DNA of 64,000 bases from NCBI GenBank assembly GCA_001915065.1, contig MNDT01000019.1:1264-65263 (forward strand), in the 5' to 3' direction. This stretch comes from an archaeon 13_2_20CM_2_53_6. Lineage in GTDB: Archaea; Thermoproteota; Bathyarchaeia; 40CM-2-53-6. Shown here piece by piece: positions 18,584 to 26,726 of the stretch; positions within the stretch are counted from its first letter, which is position 1, and every line of letters begins with the position of its first letter. The translations under genes were made by a program, and so were the position numbers. The notes under the pieces are model-generated. The model saw only the letters and a list, made by a program, of their open reading frames with translations. It searched no databases and had not been told where the DNA came from.

Positions 18584-19012
18584 ATGCTGACCGGCAAGGC
18601 CCTGACGATTCTCACAATTTCAATCACCGCACTCTTCGGATTCATTACATTACCGTACCTACACTTGCCCAACACAGCCTTCAACGTGTCCTTCGCACAG
18701 AGCTGTGAAAGACCCCCAGGCTACGTTCTGATGATTCTTGACGACAATGGATTCAACAACAGCCTCCACAGAGGCGAGCCAACCATCGAACTCCAACGAA
18801 ACGACACCGTTAATATTCTGGTCTGCAACCTTGACCCAGTACAGTCACACGGCTTCGCCATCGATCACTACTTTGCGGTTGGCGTGACGTTGAGACCGGG
18901 AGAAGCGTACAGGGTCTCCTTCGTCGCTAGGGACCCCGGCAGCTTCACAATGTACTGCAACGTATTCTGCACAGTCCACACATTCATGAAGGGCAGACTA
19001 GTTGTGAACTAA
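18584..19012 (+). CDS. Signal-anchored cupredoxin with a CuA-like ligand pattern
   Basis: SHGFAI - 35 aa - YCNVFCTVHTFM (H...C-x3-C-x2-H-x2-M). Confidence 0.7.
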   Translation: MLTGKALTILTISITALFGFITLPYLHLPNTAFNVSFAQSCERPPGYVLMILDDNGFNNSLHRGEPTIELQRNDTVNILVCNLDPVQSHGFAIDHYFAVGVTLRPGEAYRVSFVARDPGSFTMYCNVFCTVHTFMKGRLVVN

Positions 19013-19080
19013 CCGAAGCTTTCACCTCCCAAACATGAACTACCATTATATACTCTGAGAGTTCGGTCTCGCCTAGGAAG

Positions 19081-19806
19081 ATGTCGCAATCCCAGACAGC
19101 ATCATCTACAGGACGCACAGCTTTGGCATTAGGAGTCGTCGCACTGATCATCGGTGCCTCTGCCCTGGGCTACGCCGTGTACCTAGGTCTGAGCCAACTG
19201 CCATCCGAGCTCTCCGCGGTTACTGCAAATGTAACATGTTCGACGAGTCAGCCATGCGCAAAAAAGACCGTCAGGGTCGATTGGACGCTCGACGACAGTG
19301 GTCAGGATAGATTCAACCCGCAGTACATCACTGTGCTTCAAGGCGACAATCTGACTATCATGTTCATCACCAACGACACCACGGATGCTCACACCTTTAC
19401 CCTCTCCTTGGGACTTCGGGGTTTTTCCAGCAGCGCACTATTCCAACTGAATAATAGTTGGACGGGCTTGTCAAGCGGTGATTTCATCACGCCTGGTACG
19501 CCTGGGTACAACCTTAATTTCACAGGAAAGCCTGACGGCTGCAGAGACAATGGCGACAACCCAGTCGCATGCAACACGCAAAAGATGGATGACACAGCAA
19601 ATGGAGGCACAGGTCCTAACGGGGCCTGCAACAATACCCTTGAGAATCCTCCCACTTCAACTGCGCCGCCATGCAATCTCTGGTCCATCGGCTACCTAGG
19701 CGTCGTCACCGTTCCTGGCGTCTACGAATTCCACTGCTTCTACCACCAGAAAGGCGGCATGGTCGGCTACATCACTGTCCTACCAAACAAGGGCTTCTCC
19801 ACATAA
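19081..19806 (+). CDS. Type-1 copper protein with a large Cys-containing insertion
   Basis: N-terminal anchor. DAHTFT ... EFHCFYHQKGGM (C-x2-H-x4-M), with about 110 aa inserted between the ligand His and the Cys loop. Confidence 0.75.
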   Translation: MSQSQTASSTGRTALALGVVALIIGASALGYAVYLGLSQLPSELSAVTANVTCSTSQPCAKKTVRVDWTLDDSGQDRFNPQYITVLQGDNLTIMFITNDTTDAHTFTLSLGLRGFSSSALFQLNNSWTGLSSGDFITPGTPGYNLNFTGKPDGCRDNGDNPVACNTQKMDDTANGGTGPNGACNNTLENPPTSTAPPCNLWSIGYLGVVTVPGVYEFHCFYHQKGGMVGYITVLPNKGFST

Positions 19807-20128
19807 AACTACCTCCAATTTTTTTCGTTGCATCAAGATCATTCCGTAGCTTAACCGGGCAGCGATGAAAGCTGCCAAGCCGAACTATCCTCGGCTTGGT
19901 CAAATCTCGTTCGACATCACGACCCTTCGACTCGCGCATCTGCAATCTTTGGATCCAATTGGCAGTAGGACCCTCTCAATCATATCGTCACAAGTAACCC
20001 CGAACGAGGCTGTAAATCCATACCCTAGGGACAGCACATCATCCGACTAGGTCGTTACGAGGCACGTACCGGTCTCCTGAATAAGGCTAATCAAGCTATC
20101 CTAGTCGGACCTTCTCGTAAGGAAAAAA

Positions 20129-20710
20129 ATGCGAAGTCGCAAACTATTCGTGACTGCAGCGCTCATATTAGCTGTGTTTGCACTCGGATTACCCTCAACA
20201 ACGCCCCGCGTCTACGGGCTGGCCACGCCATGCTTGACAGCGCATCCCTGTGGGATCGCCATACTCTCACCGGGTCCTGGTGCCACTATAAACAAGAATG
20301 CGGATGTGAACCCGTCGTTTATCGTCTCCTTCTTGGTTCACAACATCACAATCGTAAATCCCGGAACAACTGGCGACGTCAACACAACGATCGGTTCTGG
20401 CACTAGTGGTCACAACGAAGGCCACATCCACGTATTCGTCGACAACGTTTACACTACTATCTGGGCGAACCTCAATGGGATTCCATTGACCCTAACTCCC
20501 GGATCCCACGCAATCCGGCTAGATCTGGTAAATGACCTTCATCAGGAATTCAGCCCTGGAATCAACGCTTCCACGACTGTGAACGTCGTCGACCCGCTCC
20601 AGAGCAACGCCAGCAACGCGATGTACTTTAGTCTCGGCGCCCTAATAGTCTCCATAATAGCCGTCATACTCGTGGCGTACGTTGCATTCAAACGCAAGCC
20701 AAAAGCGTAG
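20129..20710 (+). CDS. Secreted DUF4399-like protein with C-terminal TM anchor
   Basis: Signal peptide, a GHNEGHIHVFVD motif, and a C-terminal hydrophobic helix followed by KRKPKA. Confidence 0.55.
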   Translation: MRSRKLFVTAALILAVFALGLPSTTPRVYGLATPCLTAHPCGIAILSPGPGATINKNADVNPSFIVSFLVHNITIVNPGTTGDVNTTIGSGTSGHNEGHIHVFVDNVYTTIWANLNGIPLTLTPGSHAIRLDLVNDLHQEFSPGINASTTVNVVDPLQSNASNAMYFSLGALIVSIIAVILVAYVAFKRKPKA

Positions 20711-20746
20711 AGGTCGCCCTCGAGCGAGGGCGGACCCCGATTTTTT

Positions 20747-21286
20747 TTGAAGAATAGTCCCAAGCCAGAAACAATCTTTGTCTTACTCGTAGGATTCATG
20801 TTCCTCCAAACCATTCATTTCTCTCCACCAGTAGCCAATGCAAGCGGCTCAACGTATGCGGTTGGTATTGTCGACGACGCGTTTGAGCCTCTTCACATCA
20901 ACGTAACAACCGGAACCACAGTGACTTGGACATACGTCAGCACGGGACATGAGATTCACACCGTGACTTCACCGTACGGAACCAACCAGACTCAAACAGG
21001 CACCCCTCTCATCAACAGCGGACAACTATCCCCCGGCCAAAGCTTCAGCTATACATTCGACCAGCCTGGTTACTTTCCCTACCAATGCCAGGTTCATCCG
21101 ACAATACCTAAAATGAATGGCTGGGTAATGGTGACTGGAAATCCGGTCACTCCGCCTTCTACGAACAACGGTCCAGGCAACTCTTGGTTGTTGCCAGCAG
21201 TAATAGTGGCCCTCGCAGGAACCTTGGCTATAGTCACATGGACATTGGTCAGACACGGGCGTCACCACAAGGTCTCAAACCAGTAG
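20747..21286 (+). CDS. Plastocyanin-like type-1 copper protein with C-terminal TM anchor
   Basis: HEIHTVTS ... YQCQVHPTIPKM (C-x2-H-x5-M). It has a signal peptide and a C-terminal helix. Confidence 0.8.
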   Translation: MKNSPKPETIFVLLVGFMFLQTIHFSPPVANASGSTYAVGIVDDAFEPLHINVTTGTTVTWTYVSTGHEIHTVTSPYGTNQTQTGTPLINSGQLSPGQSFSYTFDQPGYFPYQCQVHPTIPKMNGWVMVTGNPVTPPSTNNGPGNSWLLPAVIVALAGTLAIVTWTLVRHGRHHKVSNQ

Positions 21287-21410
21287 CGATCCTCTGAAGA
21301 ACGATCCGGGCGCTCTAGTCTCAGAAAAAAAGCTCCCCGGGTTGAGGAAGAAATGTATAGCGATTGTTTATTAGAGCGGTTTTGCGCCCGCCCTCACACG
21401 TGAAGAAAAC

Positions 21411-21803
21411 ATGCACCACAGTAGGGTTGTACACTTTGAGTTACCGGCCGACAACGTAGAGCGTGCCAAGACGTTCTACAAGCAGGCCTTCGGGTGGGAT
21501 ATCAGCCAGTACCCTGGAATGGAATACCAGGGGGTAGTCACCACGGCCACTGACGACAAGACCCGGATGCCCAAGGAGCCTGGAGCCATCAACGGCGGAA
21601 TGACAAAGCGCAACAATGAGGTCAAGAACACCGTCATTACAATAGACGTTCCGGACATTGAGGCGACGTTGAAGAACGTTGAGAAGCTGGGTGGCAAGAT
21701 GGTTCAGAAGAAGCAGCCAGTTGCTGACATGGGCTTCACAGCCTACTTCAAAGACACGGAAGGAAACATCGTAGGCCTCTGGCAGAGCGCACGCCGCACG
21801 TAG
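21411..21803 (+). CDS. VOC (glyoxalase/bleomycin-resistance/dioxygenase) family protein
   Basis: VVHFELPADNVERAKTFYKQAFGW ... FKDTEGNIVGLWQ. Confidence 0.8.
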   Translation: MHHSRVVHFELPADNVERAKTFYKQAFGWDISQYPGMEYQGVVTTATDDKTRMPKEPGAINGGMTKRNNEVKNTVITIDVPDIEATLKNVEKLGGKMVQKKQPVADMGFTAYFKDTEGNIVGLWQSARRT

Positions 21804-21839
21804 ACAGATTCCTAAAGGGTCGGCCGGACCCATCTTTTT
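21786..21839 (+). repeat. Direct repeat copy 1. It covers the last 6 codons of the VOC gene, a hairpin (GGGTCGGCCGGACCC) and a T-run.
   Basis: It shares AGCGCACGCCGCA, GTAGACA and GGGT(C/T)GGCCGGACCCAT blocks with 22502..22558. Confidence 0.7.
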
Positions 21840-21952
21840 CTAGCGCCAAACTTGTCCCGTCAAAGGGTTAGTAGGCTATAATCCTATAAGCTTATAGGAG
21901 AACATCATCGTAGTAAACCTGGTGACTGTCGATCGCAAAGACGACGATACAA

Positions 21953-22129
21953 GTGGACGAGGACATAGCAAGACTCCTCGAGCATCTCAAGAGGGAGAGG
22001 GCTTTGAAGAGCTATTCAGATGCTCTTCGAGAGATCCTAAGCGAGAGCAAGACTCTGAAGAGATCTGAGCGAGGAAGCCTGCCGAGACTCAAGCCCTTCT
22101 CGAGAGAAAAAATTGACCGTTTTGATTGA
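21953..22129 (+). CDS. vapB: VapB-type (RHH-like) antitoxin
   Basis: Own translation: (IAKTTIQ)VDEDIARLLEHLKRERALKSYSDALREILSESK... It overlaps the PIN gene start. The first canonical start is GTG 21953, but the conserved N-terminus begins at ATC 21932. Confidence 0.6.
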   Translation: MDEDIARLLEHLKRERALKSYSDALREILSESKTLKRSERGSLPRLKPFSREKIDRFD

Positions 22130-22490
22130 TTCCTGGTCCTGGATAGAATATTGGAAAGGGAGCCGGTATTCCGAGAAGGCCGCCGAGTACATCGAAGGCA
22201 CAGACACGGCCGTGCTGTCAACGGTCAACTTGGCTGAAATCTACTTCTCAGTCCTAAGGGACTATGATGAGAAGAAGGCTAGAGAGAAGGCTGACACTGT
22301 CAGAAAGAGATGCTTCCTCATACCGGTAGATGAGCAGATTGCTGTTGACGCTGCACGGCTCAAGCACAGCCTCAAGCTCCCCCTAGCCGACAGTATAATC
22401 CTCGCAACCGCCAGAACCAGAAATGCGAAGATAGTCTCAGGGGATAAAGACTTCAAAGGTCTCCCAGACACACTGTTCATAGCAGATTAG
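22113..22490 (+). CDS. vapC: PIN-domain toxin VapC
   Basis: TVLIDSWSWIEY ... LSTVNLAEI ... DSIILATA ... IVSGDKDF. The acidic PIN residues are in the expected order. Confidence 0.85.
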   Translation: MTVLIDSWSWIEYWKGSRYSEKAAEYIEGTDTAVLSTVNLAEIYFSVLRDYDEKKAREKADTVRKRCFLIPVDEQIAVDAARLKHSLKLPLADSIILATARTRNAKIVSGDKDFKGLPDTLFIAD

Positions 22491-22501
22491 AACTCTAGCC
22501 T

Positions 22502-22558
22502 AGCGCACGCCGCAAGTAGACACTATTTTGATGGGTTGGCCGGACCCATTTTCTTTTT
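22502..22558 (+). repeat. Direct repeat copy 2 (degenerate copy of the VOC 3' end plus hairpin and T-run)
   Basis: See 21786..21839. It reads SARRK* where copy 1 reads SARRT*. Confidence 0.7.
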
Positions 22559-22901
22559 CGAAACATCACTCTCACATCATGAGAGAAAAATTCTTTCTGC
22601 GTTCATATTGGTAACGGCTTTGGTAAGCATGAATGATGACGCGGATGGTAACAGGTGGGTGCCTCCAAGGTTGCATATCACACGAGCGTCACCGATGACC
22701 GATCCCTGATGGATTGCTAGGGGAGGTAACCATTCGGAAGAGCAGAACTGGCCCAAGAGATGATCCAGATATTTCGAAGAATTTTCCCTCTATAGAGCTT
22801 ACCGAAGAGAAGCAAGAGATGCTGTCGTTGGCGTTCAAGTTCGTCTCGCCTGGGAAACCGCTACTCCCCGTCCGTATGACCGCGCCTGAGGTCGAGAGTA
22901 C

Positions 22902-23657
22902 TTATCGTGCGTCCGTGGTTGCAGTCTTGCGACCGGAACGGTAGAGGTACACCGAACTTGCCAAGACCCACAGAAAGAGGAGCCCAAGGTATCCGAACCC
23001 CAAACCGGGAACGACGACTCCAAAGGCGATAAGAAGCAGACCAACACAGTCGACGGCGATGAATGCAAGTCCTACGTACGTGACCCAGTTTGGAAAGACC
23101 CTGCTCTTCCACATCGAGCCACTAAAGAGCCCGATGGCAAGAGGTGCACCGATGAATAGGGCAAAGAATGCCTCCTCCTCGGCTTCCAACACCTGCTCGG
23201 AGACGAGGGCTGCGGCCTTGTCAACCGCGGTCACGGTCGAGTTGTTGTAAATACCTGCTAGGGTGGCCCTCGCATCCAATGCGATCAGGTTCACGACGAC
23301 AGGGACCATAGACGCAATTATTGAAAAAACCACTGCAGCTGTGGTCAGGACACTGTCTCTTCTCGGAAGGGCGGCACGTAGTGATAGGACGAACAATACA
23401 GCGAAGATCCCAGAAAATGTACTCACCACCCCGAAGAGGATGGCCACTCTACCGTCGTAGTTCGCGAGACTCTCTGCCGCGGTCTCGGCAGTGTCAGGTA
23501 TGAAGATCCTGGCGATGTATAAGACTGCAAAAAGCACTCCGAATAGTGCTCCGAGCCTCGACACCCGATCCTTTCCCTGACTCCCTGATGTTGTTTTCAA
23601 TATTCTCTGACCGGCTGCCCAGCGGAAGGTCCTCCGCCTGTTTGACCTTGGGGTCAA
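22902..23657 (-). CDS. Polytopic membrane protein (DUF4386-like)
   Basis: 6 predicted TM helices. The family call is from general resemblance only. Confidence 0.5.
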   Translation of the reverse strand: MTPRSNRRRTFRWAAGQRILKTTSGSQGKDRVSRLGALFGVLFAVLYIARIFIPDTAETAAESLANYDGRVAILFGVVSTFSGIFAVLFVLSLRAALPRRDSVLTTAAVVFSIIASMVPVVVNLIALDARATLAGIYNNSTVTAVDKAAALVSEQVLEAEEEAFFALFIGAPLAIGLFSGSMWKSRVFPNWVTYVGLAFIAVDCVGLLLIAFGVVVPGLGFGYLGLLFLWVLASSVYLYRSGRKTATTDAR

Positions 23658-23788
23658 GCGAGGACGTTGCGCACGGTAAATATGACTTGTTATTTTCTAA
23701 CACTTTTTGTGTGACCCTACTGGTCATAGGTCACCATTTGTACTCGGGCACTACGTCTTGCTAGATTGCGAAACGAGGAGGTTTCAGG

Positions 23789-24814
23789 TCATACAGTGCC
23801 CGCTGCTAGTGCCGGTTCGTTTAGAGTCTCCCTAATTTCGTTCCACCAATCACGAAAGTTTTGAACTGTCCCCTCTGGGTTTCCCTCGAAAGTAAAATGC
23901 CTGACCCCTGGCAGGAGGATTGTGCGGTTGTGGGGCAGTTCGTCCGCCCAGCGCATGTGCCATTGTTCCCTGGTCATAGCATCCTTCTCTCCAAACTGGA
24001 TCAGCACAGGCTTGTCCCGGAAAGCGGGGAGAACCCGGTCAAGTGCCTCTTGAGTGGCATGATCCAGGAAGCTCGCGTAGAGTTTCAAGGTCCGGTTTCT
24101 CGAGTTTCTCACTTTGAAGGGTAGAGTGTACTGGCCTCTCTCGGCCTTTGTCAGCGCTCGCGTTCCGAGGGCCATCTTTGACCCCATTGACCATGCGAGA
24201 AAGTTTGTGTATCTGTTCACAGCCCGGAAGACTCGACTGGTGAAGACGCGTAGAGGCCAGACTACCATTCTGTAGGGTTTGATAGACCAGCCGAATGTTC
24301 CTCCAACGACAAGGCCAAGAACTCGATCCGTGTGATCCGACAATGCAAGCACTACGGTGGGTCCGCCTCCATCATTCGCCCAGGCGACAATCCTCCGCAA
24401 GTCTAGAGCTTCCACAAACTGCTCCAGTACATCTGCCTGCTCCTGTAGGGTGTAGCGATAACCGTCCACTGCTTCGGAAAGACCGTAGCCTGGAAGGTCC
24501 GGCGCTACGCATCGAAACTCGTTCTTCAACTGTTGGATATGGTACCGGTAGGTGAAGCTCCATCCGGCCCCGGGGTGAACGAAGAGAAGGACCGGAGCAT
24601 CCCTAGGACCCTCGTCGACATAATGCACGCGATGACCATCCAGAATCATCCATCTATCCTCGAAAGGATACAATTGCGAGTCAACCCAATCAGGTCTACG
24701 AATATCTGTGGACCATATTTCGCCGTCCGTTTTCTTCCGGATGTCGAAGCCTGAATGACGCTTCGCCTCTCTCAACCCTGCCCGATTCAGCTGATCGGTT
24801 TGTTCCGCGTTCAT
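23789..24814 (-). CDS. Alpha/beta-fold hydrolase (haloalkane dehalogenase / epoxide hydrolase-like)
   Basis: VLLFVHPGAGWSFTYR ... CVAPDLPGYGLS ... Asp nucleophile elbow WANDGGGP. Confidence 0.75.
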   Translation of the reverse strand: MNAEQTDQLNRAGLREAKRHSGFDIRKKTDGEIWSTDIRRPDWVDSQLYPFEDRWMILDGHRVHYVDEGPRDAPVLLFVHPGAGWSFTYRYHIQQLKNEFRCVAPDLPGYGLSEAVDGYRYTLQEQADVLEQFVEALDLRRIVAWANDGGGPTVVLALSDHTDRVLGLVVGGTFGWSIKPYRMVVWPLRVFTSRVFRAVNRYTNFLAWSMGSKMALGTRALTKAERGQYTLPFKVRNSRNRTLKLYASFLDHATQEALDRVLPAFRDKPVLIQFGEKDAMTREQWHMRWADELPHNRTILLPGVRHFTFEGNPEGTVQNFRDWWNEIRETLNEPALAAGTV

Positions 24815-24961
24815 GTATGATAAGAGGACGAGACATGATTTAGTCGTGTGTTAGGCTCTGGTTTCGATTTAGGGAAGGCGCACGAGATCGGCCAAGCAAA
24901 TGAACAGCAAACTGACAGAAAAAGGGAGAGGCCTAACTTCAGAGTTAGGCCGTTCAGCTGC

Positions 24962-25423
24962 TCAGGCGTGCAGAGTCACAGAGTAGGTCCCGGTGGTGCT
25001 AGTCGGACCGGTAGCCGTGAACTGGAAGGGTCCAAAGCCATGAACGTCTTCTAAACCACCAGTCCCATTATTGACGACAAAGCCACCAGCCCCGGTTCCG
25101 CCAACACCAGTGCTATGACCCGTAACGACCAGGGATCCCGGTGCGCCGTCTAATGTTCCAGTAAACGTTCCTGTGTCGCTTGCGATGAATGAGCCGTCCG
25201 GATGAATTATCTCGGAGCCTTGTGCGATTCGCGTTCCTACGAAACTTCCCGCGAGGGTCGCCGTTTCGTTGACCGTGATGATCGTGTTGCCACCAGCGGC
25301 AGCAACGGAGAGAACCGTGAACGATGCGGTGAAGGTTCCAGTAGCGGTCCTGGGGGGACTCGCGTGCGCGAATGGTGTAAGGAATGTCAGCAGTGCGAAT
25401 GCCAATAGGAGTATTGTTTTCAT
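24962..25423 (-). CDS. Secreted Gly/Thr-rich beta protein of unknown function
   Basis: MKTILLLAFALLTFLTPFAHA signal peptide (internal ATG preferred over the track start). Confidence 0.5.
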   Translation of the reverse strand: MKTILLLAFALLTFLTPFAHASPPRTATGTFTASFTVLSVAAAGGNTIITVNETATLAGSFVGTRIAQGSEIIHPDGSFIASDTGTFTGTLDGAPGSLVVTGHSTGVGGTGAGGFVVNNGTGGLEDVHGFGPFQFTATGPTSTTGTYSVTLHA

Positions 25424-25525
25424 TTTCTTCGTCGTATGTCCTTCGAGCGGTCTCATTTACTCCCGTGTTAGGTCCGACTTTCGATTTAGGGAGGTTTTTC
25501 TATGAACACACGGCCTCGATGAGGT

Positions 25526-26398
25526 GTGGACTCGAAAGATTTTCGACTCTTAGTTGCCCTTCACGAGAATGCTCGTCAGAGCTACAGGTCCCTCGGCCAA
25601 CGCGTCTCCCTATCAGCCCCAGCAGCACGCGATCGACTGAAACGCCTCGAGAACCGTGGAATCCTACAGGGATACTGGCTATACGTGGACCCGAGCGCCT
25701 TCGATCGAGAAGAATTGATGCTTTTCTACAAGGGAGACTGGAAGCGCGAAGACGCGCTCAAAGCCCTCGCAGCAGACGATGTCGCCTTCGTTACATGGAA
25801 GCTGGACGGAGGCCTGTCTGTACAGATATGGCCACACGATCGCGGAAAAGCAGTCAAGGGTCTAACTTCTGTACTCGGAACTCGACCGTCCGGGCAGACT
25901 TTCACAGAGATTCAGCGAAAGCTTGAGATCTCGCCCGTCGACTGGCGAATCATCGATGCTCTAGTCGACAATCCGAGAATGCCCTTCGAAGCCCTCACAG
26001 AGAAGACCGGGCTGAGCCCGAAGACATTGAGGAAGCATCTCCAGTCATTGATCCGGAACGAGACCATCTTCATCATGCCATGGCTTGGCTCCCTTGCAGA
26101 CTCTGGCGAGGTCGTCTACCACCTCGCAGTCACGGGGAAGGTCAGCCTCAGCGAACTCCGACATACACTCGGTGAAGCTTTCCTGGTAGGCGACACTCAG
26201 CAGCCCCCGATGAAGTATCTGCTGTGCAGAGCCAGCGACCTGGCCGATGTCACCAGCCGGACCCAGGCCGCCAAGAAGATCCCCGGAGTCGAATCTGTAG
26301 AAGTGACCTTGAACCGAGAGCTACTTGTCGCAACCGATTTTGTCCACTCGCTCGTCCGGGAGAAGATCAGAGAATGGGAGGAAACGCGACGCCGCTAG
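25526..26398 (+). CDS. Tandem Lrp/AsnC-type regulator, paralogue of 3826..4776
   Basis: DFRLLVALHENARQSYRSLGQRVSLSAPAARDRLKRLENRGIL, plus a second unit DWRIIDALVDNPRMPFEALTEKTGLSPKTLRKHL. GTG start. Confidence 0.8.
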   Translation: MDSKDFRLLVALHENARQSYRSLGQRVSLSAPAARDRLKRLENRGILQGYWLYVDPSAFDREELMLFYKGDWKREDALKALAADDVAFVTWKLDGGLSVQIWPHDRGKAVKGLTSVLGTRPSGQTFTEIQRKLEISPVDWRIIDALVDNPRMPFEALTEKTGLSPKTLRKHLQSLIRNETIFIMPWLGSLADSGEVVYHLAVTGKVSLSELRHTLGEAFLVGDTQQPPMKYLLCRASDLADVTSRTQAAKKIPGVESVEVTLNRELLVATDFVHSLVREKIREWEETRRR

Positions 26399-26726
26399 CG
26401 CCACACATGCATGGAACCTAGTAGCGAGACGCGGCGACACCCGGAAAACAGGCCCCAGTCTCCTATGACCGACCCAGAGCCTGGGAAAACGGCTCTCCAA
26501 TAGCGTTCCAAATGCTCGTTATCCTTGCGGTTCCTGCTCGTTTCCAGCCCCTCCCAGAAGCGGTCTATCGATTCAAAACAGCCCCAAACCTGGAAACCAA
26601 GCCCAGAATCAGAAAATCTTGTCCCGGACCCCCCCTCCCCCGGGGGGGTGCATCGCGGATCACCGGGCACTCTTTGGCCTACTGGTTTCCCGGACTCTGC
26701 AACCTAAAGTTTGTAGTATCCGCTCG

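Noticed and set aside
20711-20748. Hairpin (CGCCCTCG..CGAGGGCG) plus T8 after the DUF4399-like gene, considered as a terminator feature.
   Set aside because: The T-run overlaps the TTG start that gives the next gene its only good signal peptide. I could not decide between terminator and 5' leader, so it is not listed as a feature.
20129-21286. Same-frame adjacent ORF pairs (20129..20710 / 20747..21286 and 48608..48943 / 48947..49258) as possible read-through fusions.
   Set aside because: The same frame is expected by chance in 1 of 3 pairs. For the first pair, the gap holds a GC hairpin plus a T8 run, and the downstream ORF has its own good signal peptide. For the second pair, no homology spans the stop.
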